Assembly: GCF_001194135.2 (NCBI RefSeq)
Contig: NC_068984.1
Span: 115,514,074 to 115,578,073 of the forward strand
Direction of reading: 5' to 3'
Length of the DNA: 64,000 nt
Source of the DNA: Octopus bimaculoides
Taxonomy: Eukaryota
Shown: in pieces, positions 41,591-54,381 of the stretch
Numbering within the stretch: position 1 is the first letter of the stretch
How the letters are laid out: each line of letters opens with the position of its first letter
Translations under genes and position numbers: made by a program
Notes under the pieces: model-generated
What the model was told of the DNA's origin: nothing
What the model saw: the letters and a program-made list of their open reading frames with translations, nothing else
The model's database searches: none

Positions 41591-42153
41591 ATAGTAATAA
41601 CAACAACAACAATAATAGTAATTGCTGCTGCTGCTGCTGCTACTGCTGCTACTACTACTACTACTACTACTACTAGCTGAACCCGTGAAAAATTCACGGA
41701 AAACATAAGCATCTGTAAATTGTGTGCTGGTGCCATGAGAAATGTTTCTATATTGTGGCAGTTACAGAATATAGAAAGAAGTGTAAAATTGATAACTACA
41801 TAATCCAAAATATCCGAGTTACACAACCCATAAACAGAATTACTATTTAGCCTAAAAATACATCGTACATATTCAAAGAACCTTCTTGATATAGTGGTAT
41901 GGAATGTTCTTCTAGTATTCTTTTATTCATTTACTTGTTTCAGTCATTTGATGGTGGTCCATGCTGAAGCACCACCCTTTAGTCAAAGAAATTGACCCTG
42001 GACTTAATCCTTGTAAGCCTGGTGCTTATTATATTAGTCTCTTCTGCCGAACAGCTAAATTACAGGGACGCAAACACACCAAATCAGTAGTCAAACAATG
42101 GTGATGCAGGGACAAACACAGACACAATCACACATACATAAAAATATAATATA

Positions 42154-43705
42154 CAGGCATACCTCAACTCAAGACGTTTCGATCTAAGTCGTTTTCGATT
42201 ATATGTCGGTTTTCAAAAATAATATATGGAAAAATAAAAATCAAGTTAAGTCATTTTACTCAACTTTACATCTGTCAGCCACAAATATTGGAATTGTAAA
42301 ATCACTAGAAAACCATTAAAAGCACATAAAATCATGTTACTGTACAATAAATGAGAATAAAAGCATATAAAATCATATTAAAATACATACAGTAAATGTT
42401 AAGATACACATCATAAAGTACTGTAGCTTAGTGAATGAAATCATGAAACCAGCTGTGTTGTCTTATTTATCGGTCTTTCAGAGCTCATGTTGCACTGTAG
42501 TACTAATATCTACCGTTAGGCGTCTTTGTCACTCGTGATGCCTGCGATTGTTTTGAATTCAGATTTGTTTACGTCTGTTTATCAGCTACTTTCTCATTTT
42601 TATTCATTTATGACTGTATTTTTTGCCCCTATTGCTCCTAAGAAAATTCATAGTGAAAGTGTTAAGCGTTATGCTATAACGCTGGAAGATAAACTGGCTA
42701 TGATGAAATGCCATAAAAAAAGGTGAAAAAGTGGTAGCAATTGCACAATCTTTTGGGATGAGTCAGACAATTGTATTGATTATTTTACATTATAAAGACA
42801 AGATTTTAGCACGTGTCAAATCTGAAGCCCCAGGGATGAAGAATACTGTCATGAATAAGAAAAGAGGCAAAATCTTTGAAGAAATGGAAAGCCTTCTTTC
42901 TCTTTAGATTGTTAGGTTGAATCGTCAGCATGCTACTATTAGTCAAGAAATCATTCAAGAGAAAGTGTTGTCTTTGTTTGAGAACCTGAAGAAAAAAATA
43001 TCCAGATGAGAAAGATGTAAAATTCAAGGCAAGTCAAGGATGGTTCATGAGATTTAAGGAGCAAAGAAGTTATCACTCTATTAGGAAGCAAGGTAAAAGT
43101 GCATGAGCTGACGAACAAGCAGCAGCGAAATTTCCTAATGCATTAAAGAAAATCATCGAAGAAAACGGGTTTCTTCTCGAACAGATTTTTAACATAGATG
43201 AAACTGGATTGTATAGGAAAAAATTGCCAGACCGATCATTCATTTCCAAGGAGGAGAAAACTACTCCAGGCTATTAGGTCTCAAAAGAACATGTCACCAT
43301 TATGTTGGGAGGTAATTGTGCAGGAGATTTTAAATTAAAGCCATTGCTTGTGTATCATGCACACAACCCCGAGCCCTAAAGAACATACCTAAGGCATCTC
43401 TCCCTCTAATATGGATAGCTAATTCAAAAGCATGGGTTACTGCTGTTGTTTTTGAAGATTGGTTCTTCAATCATTTTATCCTAGCAGAAGAGAAGTACTG
43501 TAAGGTGAAGGGAATTCCTTTTAAGGTTTTACTTATCTTAGGTAATGTTCCTGGCCACCCCGCAAAACATCATAGATATTTGCCCCAACGTTACTGTTGT
43601 ATACTGTCCCCCGAACACCACGTCTCTTCTGCAACCAATGGATCGGGGAATAATTGCTATCTTCAAGCGTTACTATATGAAGCATTTATACTGAATCTCC
43701 CTGAG
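42154..43705 (+). mobile_element. Tigger/pogo-family DNA transposon, decayed and 3'-truncated
   Basis: TA then CAGGCATACCTC TIR. Broken frames read KRYAITLEDK (CENP-B-like HTH), QIFNIDETGLYRKK, and KPLLVYHA...WVTAVVFEDWF...KVLLILGNVPGHP (DDE_1). Confidence 0.9.
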
Positions 43706-44029
43706 AACTACGTTGACAATATGCATGTCTGTGGAGTACCCAGCCACTTGCAAGTTAATTTTATTGTGTGGTAATGAAAAGTGAAAGTGACATCCAATGT
43801 TTTGCTGTCTGTATCTATGTATCAACTTTTCTTTGGGTCTATGTATCTATTGTCTCTCACTTTCTTTCTTTCTCTTTCACTCTCTCACTTCCTCTCTGCC
43901 CTCTCTCAAGCTTTGTCACTCCTTCCTTTGAAGTAAATGTGACACACACGACAGGTACATACAAAAACAACAAGCTGGCATATTATTATTATTGATGATA
44001 ATAATAATAATAATAATAATAATAATATT

Positions 44030-45120
44030 GCCACAATTGGCCTAGACACCTACCTGAAAAACTCTGAGGACTGGATGTTAAAACTTGTCTCAAAACATGA
44101 AAACAAGAAAGCACCATACTCAGTAACAAAATAGGCAAAGGAATATCTAAGTGAATTCCAATTGCAACAAATTCAAGAATTAGACGAACTAGAAACACCT
44201 GCAGAAAAAGCTAAGCACATTAAAACCTGTGCTAAAACTGCTGCCTTAGATATTCTTACTGATAAATGGCAAGAAAAGCCTCTCAATGGCAAATACCCAA
44301 AGACAGTAAATAATGCCGATGTTGATAAAGCCCTTACCCATCAATGGCTAATAGCTTCTGGCTTAAAATCAGAAACAGAAGAGTTTATTATAGCAGCCCA
44401 AGATCAACGCCTACCAACAAGGAACTACCAGGCCAACATATTAATGAACGACAGTAGCCCAACATGTCGTGTATGTAAACAACAAAATGAAACCATTGAT
44501 CATGTTGTCTCCATGTGCAATTTCCTTGCGCCTACAGAGTATCTCAACAGGCACGATATATTCACTGGATAATTTGCATAAACCTGGATTTGCCAAATGA
44601 TAAAAACTGGTGGGAAAACAAACCACCTCCAGTGCTTGAATATGATCACATCTCACTCCTCAAGAACTTTACCATTCAAACTGACAGAAAGATAGATGCA
44701 AATTGACTGTCCCAATCGATATAAACGTATCTGTCAAGACCTACCAAAAATTGAGCAAGTATAAAAATCTTGAAAGAGAAATTAGCAAAATGTGGAACCT
44801 GAAGACTAAAACAATACCTGTTGTCATAGGTGTCCTAGCAATGATAGCAAAAGGGGCTGATTGCTACCTAGCTCAGATACCAGGAAACCCCAAAATGGTA
44901 GAAATTAAAAAGAACTGCCCATATGCTACGTAAAATACTGTCTATGTGATCTCAAATTTTAAAACAAACACATAATTTTCTTATGGTTTCTTAAACATTC
45001 TCTAGAACAAGGCACCCTAGGCATAACACCAATATGAACTTCTAACATTGTCTCTTCAGGTCTCTGGGTGAGACTTGGAGCCAACTTGTAAAATGCAAAG
45101 CAAAATTCAAACATAAAATA
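44030..45120 (+). mobile_element. 5'-truncated R4/Dong-like non-LTR retrotransposon (zinc knuckle plus restriction-like endonuclease)
   Basis: SETEEFIIAAQDQ...CRVCKQQNETIDHVVSMC...YLNRHD, TIQTDRKIDAN, and KLSKYKNLEREISKMW...PVVIGVL; (TAA)n tracts on both sides. Confidence 0.85.
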
Positions 45121-46664
45121 ATAATAATAATAATAATAATCCTTTCTACTATAGGCACAAGGCCTGAAATCTTAGTGGGAGGGGGTTAATCAATTTTCTT
45201 GGAGGGGGAGTTGGGGCTTGTTGATTACATTGACCCCAATGCTCGACTGGTACTAATTTTATCGAGCCTGAAAGGATGAAAGGGTAACTTGACCATGACG
45301 AAATTTAAATGTAAATCCAAAAAAAAAAAAAAAAGGGGCCACTAAGTATTTTGTCTGGGATGCTTACGATTCTGCCTTGATATAATAAAAATGAAAATGC
45401 CAACTATCCAGCTTCTATCTTAAAATGAACCATTACAAACATTTAATTTAATTTCTATAGTCAAATATTTTATAACCATTAATCAATTGTGCATTTTCTA
45501 AAATTAATCTTTATAAATATTCATATATAGCTAGACTTTAATTAAACTAGTAGATATGTAAATAAAATGGAAAAAAAAAACCACTAATTCTTTTCTGTAT
45601 GTTAAATATTCAATATAAAAGCCATGTTGAATCTGAACTTAATTAAAAGAAATGCAATTTTCTGAAGAAAAACAATCTATATTTCTTGCATTGTTTCTGA
45701 TTCAGGCACAAAGCAAGACATTTTTAAGGGAAGGGTTACTCAATACCATCAAATCCCAGTACTTGACTGGTACTTTATTTAAACAACCCTGAAAGGCAAA
45801 GTTGACCATGTAAGACTCAGAATACCACAAAATCATTTTCTCCAATACTTGACAGCAAAATGGCAGAATCATTAGAGCATCAAACAAAATACTTTACAGT
45901 ACTTCTTCCAACCCTTTCTGTTTTGGATTCAATTCCTACTGGGGTCAACTTTGCCTTTATCTTTTCAGGGTTGATAAAATAAAGTACACATAGGCACAGG
46001 TGTGGCTGTGTAATAAGCTTGCTTCCCAACCACATTGTTTTGGGTTCAGTCCCACTGCATGACACCTTGAGCAAGTGTCTTCTATAGTAACTTCAGGTTG
46101 ACCAAAGCCTTTGTGAGTGGATTTGGTAAACAGAAACTAAAAGAAGTCCATTGTGTGTGTGTGTTAGTCCCTCATCACCACTTGACAACTGGTACTAGTG
46201 TATTTATCTCCTCATAACTTAGTGGTTCAGCAAAAGCAACTGCTTCTGCAATATTGAAAATGCTTTCTTTTTTTTTTTTTTTTTTTCAAAATGTTTTTAT
46301 TTGTTCAGAAATAGTTTACTACTTACTATCCGGATAGCAGCTAATAAAGTAGGGGGTATTCATTATACAGTAGACCTGTTTAAATATTTACAGTACTCCT
46401 TTAATTGACATAATAAATATATTAAGAAAAAAATTCTTAGCCATAGTTATTTCACATTAATATCATGGTAAGTTTACTGTGTGCGTGTGCATATGTATGC
46501 ATACCTACTCTTTTACTTGTTTGTCACTCTCTCTTGATATAACGTAGTGCAAATCAGTCAGGAGACAAGTGCGTCTTGTCTATACTTCTTTATACCCTTG
46601 TTTTTACACTTTTCCTATTGTAAACTTCCTTTCTCTCCATATATATATTTACCTCTCTTTTACT

Positions 46665-47040
46665 CTTTTACTTGTTTCAGTCATTTGACTGCGGCCATGC
46701 TGGAGCACCGCCTTTAGTCGAGCAAATCGACCCCAGGTTTTATTCTTTGGAAGCCTAGTACTTATTCTATTGGTCTTTTTGCCGAACCGCTAAGTTATGG
46801 GGACGTAAACACACCACCATCGGTTGTCAAGCGATGGTGGGGGGACAAACACAGACACACAAACATATATATACATATATATGACGGGCTTCTTTCAGTT
46901 TCCGTCTACCAAGTCCACTCACAAGGCTTTGGTCAGCCCAAGGCTATAGTAGAAGACACTTGCCCAAGGTGCCACGCAATGGGACTGAACCTGGAACCAT
47001 GTGGTTGGTAAGCAAGCTACTTACCACACAGCCACTCCTG
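46665..47040 (-). mobile_element. SINE family A, near-complete young copy
   Basis: Very close reverse-complement match to 14565-14978; CpGs are retained despite the intronic position. Confidence 0.8.
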
Positions 47041-48338
47041 CACTTATCTATAATATCTACATATATCTATATATACACACACACACACACACACACATAT
47101 ATTGAATTTTACTGAAATTAAATCTATAGATTTTAGCAGACATCAGAAATTGCTTAAATTGTATTGAGCCCATAGAAAAGATTAAAAAAAAAAAAACACA
47201 CTATAAATACAGCGATAACTTGCATGCGGTGTGTGTGTGTGTGTGTGTGTGCTTGTGCATGTATGATTTTAAATATACATATACAAATACAAAACAGACA
47301 CAAGCATGGCTGTATGGTTAAGATATTAGCTTCTTAACCATGTAGTTTCAGGTTCAGTCTCAACTGCATTGCACTACGATTAAGTGTTTTCTACTATAGC
47401 CCCCAGACCAACCAAAGTTGTTTGAGTGAATTTGGCAGAAGGAAACTGAAATAAGTTTGTCATTATATATGGCTGGATGCATCGGCCTAGGAACAGAGGA
47501 TGCAGAGAATGCAAACACACCCTCTAAAATTTTTGTAGGGTGCAAAATCAAAATCTGCACCCCTACTTACTTTTCTCAAGTTAAGAAAACTGAATAAAAA
47601 GGGATCTATAAAAAGTAGTTCAAAGTTAGGTTTCTTCACAATGAACAAAATAGAATAAAACTAGACTGTTACATGGTGAGTCAGTAATGTAAATTGGAAG
47701 GAATGTCTCCTATATGTAATGTGTTCAAGTTGTAACATGTGTAGTTAGCATTTTTAGAAGGCAATTCATAGAAAGAATCCATTTTCAGTAATTTCTTATA
47801 GGCATGAATAAAGAATATTCAGAAGGCAAGTTTATAAAATAAAAACAATGAAATTTATTCAGTAGTGTAATGAGTGCTAGCAAGTGGTAACAAGGATTAA
47901 TCTTGCATATGAATGAGAACCAAATATATGTGTATGCAAGACAGGAAAACCGCATAACTTACTATATACACTGAGGTTTTTATATGAAACAGAGTGGAAG
48001 CTGATATTAATCAAATGAGTTGACCTCTCTTTAAGTGATTTCTTAAAGAAGCATGAATAAAGAATATTCAGAAGGCAAGTTTATAAAACAAAAACATTGA
48101 AATTTATTCAGTGATGTGACATGTTGAAGAAAGCAATGTTGCTTCTACGCCATCAGATCCACAACTAGTTTGAAACTGCTACTTCGCTGTACACACACGC
48201 ATGCACAAGAAGTAAATGGAATGGATTTAGTTTAATCGAAAATGAGAAGAACAATGCAAAAATACCAAGAACAATGAAGAACAGTAACATTAAAAAAAAA
48301 ACCAATTATCACATTCTAAATAGAAAATATTGACATAC

Positions 48339-49199
48339 TTTCTGTCAAAGCTTTTACATTTTCTTTTTGAGGTTTTCTCGAGCTTTCTTTTGTGACTTGA
48401 TGGCAGAGAGAAAGAGTCCCTTGTTGCTGGAATGATTTATGAGAATTTGGCAAATCAACAGAGTTAGTTTGCTGATAAGGACTTTCTGTGGTGTCAAGAA
48501 GGCCAGCTCCACTTTGAGAGTGCAGATTCTGACTTGGTGAATGAAACTTCTTCATCAACACATCATTAAATAATGGCTGAATGTTCTTTACATCATGTTT
48601 TTCAGATTCTTCTTTTATTTCAAAAGGATGAGGAGAAACTAAAGTCTTCTTTGATGAATTCTGATTACCTTTAATAAAATCTGAAGAAATTTTAGAAGAT
48701 CCTGTGTAAAGAAAGCTTTGGTTTGTATTTGAAGACTTTCTCTTCAAGTTTGTAAATTCTGCACCCGATATCAATTGATGTTTGGAAAATGTCTTTGAGA
48801 CGTCTACTTCAATAACATCACCGGGAAAATATTCCCTTTTCACATGTTTGATTACTGTCAGAGGACTGTCATCTGTTTGGTGAGAAGATAAGCATTCTTT
48901 GGTGTTATACTTTTCAAAATTTTCAATTGAATTTGTCACAAAAGTGTGTTTGTAAAAGTTTTCATTTGTAGGTTGCATGGGAAAAGACATGCGACTACTT
49001 TTTGTTATTTCACCTGGAGCCTTTACATGGGAATTTTCAAAGGATAATTGAGGAGACTGAATTTCTAGCAAATGAATGTTGTCCATATTCAAGATATGAC
49101 TACAGTTGGAACTTTTTTCAGTTTTGCATTCATTCTGTAAATGACAAACAGTACCTGAGCAATCACTGTTATGCAATGAACTGCTACTATTATTATTTC

Positions 49200-49236
<37 letters not shown>

Positions 49237-49291
49237 GTTATTATTATTGTTATTAATATTAATATTATTATTGTTATTATNNNNNNNNNNA

Positions 49292-49334
<43 letters not shown>

Positions 49335-49725
49335 CATTAAAAATAGAATCATTCTTTACATCAATATTTTTTATGTCTCCAAACGGAAATTTAATTGTTG
49401 GTGACTGAGTCCTCCTAGTCGCATGTTGAGATTCCCACGATTGCTTGGGAGATGTAAGATTTTCAGGAAAAAGCCAAACTGGGTCTACTACACTGTCTTT
49501 GGAACAATCCAAATGATAACTGCATGGAAAAAGTTTTTTCTCAGATTTAAGATTCTCTTTCGGCAATCCATGAAAGTCTTGAAGAAAATAATTTCTAGGT
49601 TTTACGTCTTCATTAAGAGTATTATCAAAATTCAAGTTGGGTGACACAAATTCTTTGATTCTGAAGGTATCTGATGACCATTTAGGCATAAATGTAATGC
49701 TACTATCTATAGATTCTTCATTCAT
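48339..49725 (-). CDS. HMG-box gene, coding exon 1 (462 codons; low-complexity, poly-Asn)
   Basis: Long ORF in the track (48316-49725). Acceptor ttttatcattgcag with exon start at 49756; an in-frame TGA lies upstream of the ATG at 49725; donor A|GTATGT at 48338 (phase 1). A 10-N gap lies inside the AAT tract, and both sides read in the Asn frame. Confidence 0.85.
49188..49337 (-). repeat. (AAT)n coding microsatellite encoding poly-Asn
   Basis: Seen directly; interrupted by a 10-N gap. Confidence 0.9.
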
Positions 49726-50199
49726 CTTTGTACTGCTTCAATACCAAAGGACAAACCTGCAATGATAAAACAATTGCAAAATTAATATTGGTTTCAAATT
49801 TTGGCACAAGGTCAACAAATTTGGGGGATGGGGTAAGTCAATTACATTGAGCCCAATATTCAACTGGTACTTATTTTATTGACCCCGAAAAGACAAAAGG
49901 CAAAACCAATCTCAGTGGAAGTTAAACTCAGATCAAAGAACAACAAAATGCCAAAAAGCATTTTGACTGGAATGCTAACAATTCTGCAAACTTGCTGCCT
50001 TATATTTACTGAATATTAATTTAGTAAATAAGGCAAAGTACCACAAAACAACCATAATGATGCTGCAGTTTCAGTTTAAGGTTATTTCACTTCAATCATT
50101 TCAATCACCAGCCATGTTCTTCACTAATACTGCTAAACACACTGGAAAAAGTATGAGCATCACTGCATTACATTTCCTAACCTAAAGACACGAGATTGC

Positions 50200-50460
50200 A
50201 CCTTGAAAGATATCCTTCAAAGCACAACTCCAGACAAGGTTGTTCATGGAAGACCAGCAGTCGCCCATGCATATCAGCCTCCCCATCTCCATGCCACTGA
50301 TGTTATCCAAGGGAAAGGCAAAGGCTGATACAGCTTGGCACCAATGATGTCACAAGTCATTTCTAGAGCTGACTGAACAAGAGCAACATGAAATAAAGTG
50401 TCTTGCTCAAGAACACGACACACGGCCCAGTTCGGGAATTGAACTCTACCTCATGATTTT
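50200..50460 (-). mobile_element. Third SINE-like family (family E)
   Basis: tRNA-like head at the right end (reverse complement gagttcaattcccgaactgggccgtgtgtcgtgttcttgagcaagacac); a related head lies on the plus strand at ~55175-55275. Confidence 0.6.
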
Positions 50461-53326
50461 AGATTTTATGTATTTTACTTCAAATCAACTTCATATTTAT
50501 TTAACGTTTTTGTTACCATATTTCTTGTAACAAAAGCCAGTGTTTACAACATAAATTAACACAAAATTTTGGGGTGAGGCTTTAATTTAAATCTCTTTTG
50601 TTACTACATTTCTGTTACACTGTTTTTGCTTCGATCAACTTTGAAAATAATGAAGAATTTTGTAAAATAACTGTTATTATTTAGCTGATCTAAGGCGGCA
50701 AGCTTGCAGAATCGTTAGCATGCTGGACAAAATGCTTAGCAGTATTTNNNNNNNNNNNNNNNNNNNNNNNNNNNNNNNNNNNNNNNNNNNNNNNNNNNNN
50801 NNNNNNNNNNNNNNNNNNNNNNNNNNNNNNNNNNNNNNNNNNNNNNNNNNNNNNNNNNNNNNNNNNNNNNNNNNNNNNNNNNNNNNNNNNNNNNNNNNNN
50901 NNNNNNNNNNNNNNNNNNNNNNNNNNNNNNNNNNNNNNNNNNNNNNNNNNNNNNNNNNNNNNNNNNNNNNNNNNNNNNNNNNNNNNNNNNNNNNNNNNNN
51001 NNNNNNNNNNNNNNNNNNNNNNNNNNNNNNNNNNNNNNNNNNNNNNNNNNNNNNNNNNNNNNNNNNNNNNNNNNNNNNNNNNNNNNNNNNNNNNNNNNNN
51101 NNNNNNNNNNNNNNNNNNNNNNNNNNNNNNNNNNNNGATCACTTTAAAATGGCAGGTTTGTATCACCGGTGATTTGCATGAAATGGATCTAATACAGAAC
51201 AGGCCAATACAGGCTCATTCCATTTAGGCATAATCAATCATGGTGATAGTGGGGGGGGAAGTGGTAAGTGGGTGGGGGGTGGCAGCTACCCTAACAAAAT
51301 ATCTTGAATATGACAATTTATCTTTCACTTGTTTGAGTCATTGGACTGCAGCCACACTAGGGCACCGGTCTGAAGAGTTATGGTCAAAAACAATCACACT
51401 CAGGACTTATTTTAAAGTCTGGTACTTAATCTATCGGTCACTTTTGCTGAATCATTAGATTACTGGGATGTACACCAACACTGGTTGAAAAGTGGGGGAT
51501 GGGGGCAAAAAGACACAAAAGACAGACAACATACACACACAGGCTTGCCTCCCAACCATATAGTTCTGGGTTTAGTTCCACTTGTTTCTTATCTTTATTT
51601 TCCTAAAATTTTCGTTGCGTCTTGCAACCTTGGAAAACGGATATTAAACGATTATGATGTATGTATGACAGGCTTCTTTCGGTTTCCATCTACAAAATAC
51701 ACTCACAAAGCTTTGGTTGACCCAAAGACATTTTTTCAAGGTACCACACAGTGGGACTGAACCCAGAGCCACGTGGTTGGAAAGCAAGCTTCTTACCACA
51801 CAACCACGCTTTTATGTATGTATATGTGCACATTTGTATTTTCCCTTATTCTGAGATCATGCAATGTTTGTAAACAAGCTTCACAATCATAGAAGCAATG
51901 TCGTTCATTTCCAAGTCTTCCATGAAAAGACATGCCTGGCCATGAAAATATTACCCAACTTGGAAACAGGTATGCGTTGGTGACAGGAAGGGCATCTCAC
52001 CATAGAAAATCTACCTCAACAAATTCCTTCCAACTCATGCACACATGGAAAAGAGGCTGGAAAATGATGATAACGATAATAATGATGGTCTGCATGTCTC
52101 ACCTTACTTAAGATAAAGATAAAGCTAACATAATTTTCTTTCTTTTTTTAGCTACCTTCTAATTTAAAACATTAATTCTCCTCATGTCGGTATCTTTTTC
52201 ATGTTTATGATATTATGTCTGCCTATTTTGATTTAAGACTTAGTGATATAAATATCAACAAAGATAATAGTAAACTACTCCAATCTTCTCACAATATGTA
52301 TGATCTGATATTCTTTTTTTTTTTTTGCCTTAATTTGGGTTTTGTTATTTTCATTGAAATGCATAATACACAATATAAAATGCAATTATCTTTCTTTTTT
52401 TTGATTTTTTATCAGACAGTTTTTATTCTTAGTTCTTAGTTTAGCTCGTGGCTGACATAAGAAAATTATTTCGTTCAAACATAGGAACCATTAATTATTA
52501 AATTTTATTTTGTTTTCATTAACAATACATTCTTTATTTTACTTGAAAATATGGCAAAACCCAGACAGACAATTTATGTATCACACCATCTCACCAACAC
52601 CAAATGTGAAAATTATCAGATTCCAAAGCTAATATATACAACAAATATTACTTTTTAACCTTATAACTTAGTACTAACATGCTATCTTTAAAGATAGTGT
52701 TTAGGCAGTGACATGTCTTTTATATATAGCAACTGAGTAGCTAGTCATTGCCAAGCAATTTTCACAATAGAATGCCTTTATTTCAATTTTTTTTTATTCC
52801 ATGTTAGACCATATCTTCCCCAACGGATTGACCTCTTGATCAAGATGGATTTATGCCTTATTTGGGGCTATTTATGTCTCAATAAACGAAGTTTTTGCTT
52901 TTAGCACTTGGTACATAGATGTAAAAAAATTTTCTTCCTATTCTTGAACGTCCAATGTAAAGCTGACCATGGGTGATGCAGAACTCTTCAAGATGTAAAC
53001 TGGCAACCAAAAATATTTGCTCTTGTGACTTGATGGTTATGCCAAATCTAAGACTCACTGGAAATTGAAGTCATTTGAATTGGAATGGGACATCATGCTC
53101 AGAGTCCATGCAACAGAGGATCTTGTGCACTTACTAAATGTCTCCAAAGCTTGGGTGTCTCTGAGACCATGCAGTAGAGGCTCATGTTCAGATATTATCA
53201 AGTCTATTTTTTCTCTGTTTGAGCCCGCTGCTGCTGTTTTTTGACAGTTGCTCTAATGAAATTCCTTACCGACACAAGCAGATGCGTGCACACGCACACA
53301 CACATGCGAGATACACAAGGCACAGG

Positions 53327-53477
53327 AGTGGCTGTGTGGTAAGTAGCTTGCTTACCAACCACATGGTTCTGGGTTCGGTCCCATTGCGTGGCACCTTGGG
53401 CAAGTGTCTTCTCTAGCCTCGGGCTGACCAAAGCCTTATGAGTGGATTTGGTAGATGGAAACTGAAAGAAGCCCGTC

Positions 53478-53480
<3 letters not shown>
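53327..53480 (+). mobile_element. SINE family A, 5' half
   Basis: aggagtggctgtgtggtaagtagcttgcttaccaaccacatggttctgggttcggtccc...gaaagaagcccgtcg followed by (TA)n. Confidence 0.8.
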
Positions 53481-53517
<37 letters not shown>

Positions 53518-53741
53518 ATGAAAACACCCCCAAATCCCAAGAAAGATAGATTACCTTAACATTAAAAAATTAAATTATATATATATATAAACGTAACATT
53601 CAAGGATCAAGATGTAGGAAGAAAGTTAGCTTCAAGTAATCCATAGTTAATATAAAGAACAACTTTTAAGAACATTAGTGGTTTATTACGGTGGAAGATT
53701 GTGGATTTTTTGTATCAAAGTACAATAAACTGAATTTATAT

Positions 53742-53772
<31 letters not shown>

Positions 53773-54323
53773 ACACACATATCTCCTACTAACACAACAC
53801 TCACACATACACGCATACAATTACACACATGCACGCACACACACAGGAACGCATATACACACATACATATATACCTAACACTCACAATCTCACATACACA
53901 CAACCACCGTCTACACACAAAAGACATACACATGTACAAACGAACTCATACACACGCAAATGAACCCACACCTAAGTATACATACATGGACACATGCAAA
54001 TGAACCCACACAACAAACACCAACACATACACAAAATAACCCACAGAGCAAACCGCACGCATATATACACACACACACACACACACTTAAAAACTGCTTG
54101 CTCACTTTCTACTGACCATCGTCCACAACCACTCCCAAATAATTCCTGCTAATTCCTTCTATGTTAAGCGACACACACACTAACAGATTAACAGCCAAAC
54201 CACGCACCCGCATACCTCCCTCCCTCTTAGAAAACTTTTTCTCCACCCTTTCCCTTCCACAATGTAACCTCGTGTATATCGTTGGCGATTTTTCCTCCTC
54301 CGTCTTCCCTTTGGACTTTCCTA

Positions 54324-54381
54324 TATTTCCGACGAAGAGCTCTGCTTGAAACGTCAAATCCTCTTTCCTGAGCGTCCAGTA
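54324..54381 (+). ncRNA. Hammerhead-ribozyme-like motif, probably the end of a Penelope-like element
   Basis: CCGACGA-A-GAGC(TCT)GCTT-GAAA-CGTCA...TGA(G)CGTC: core, stem II, stem III and a GUC triplet are present. U4 is C and stem I is weak. Confidence 0.5.

Noticed and set aside
41335-41680. Duplicated microsatellite block on both sides of a 10-N gap
   Set aside because: Typical unmerged contig overlap or two alleles.
21312-49725. LxCxE RB-binding motif in the HMG protein
   Set aside because: None found by eye; the closest is PRCKE in exon 6, which lacks the Leu.
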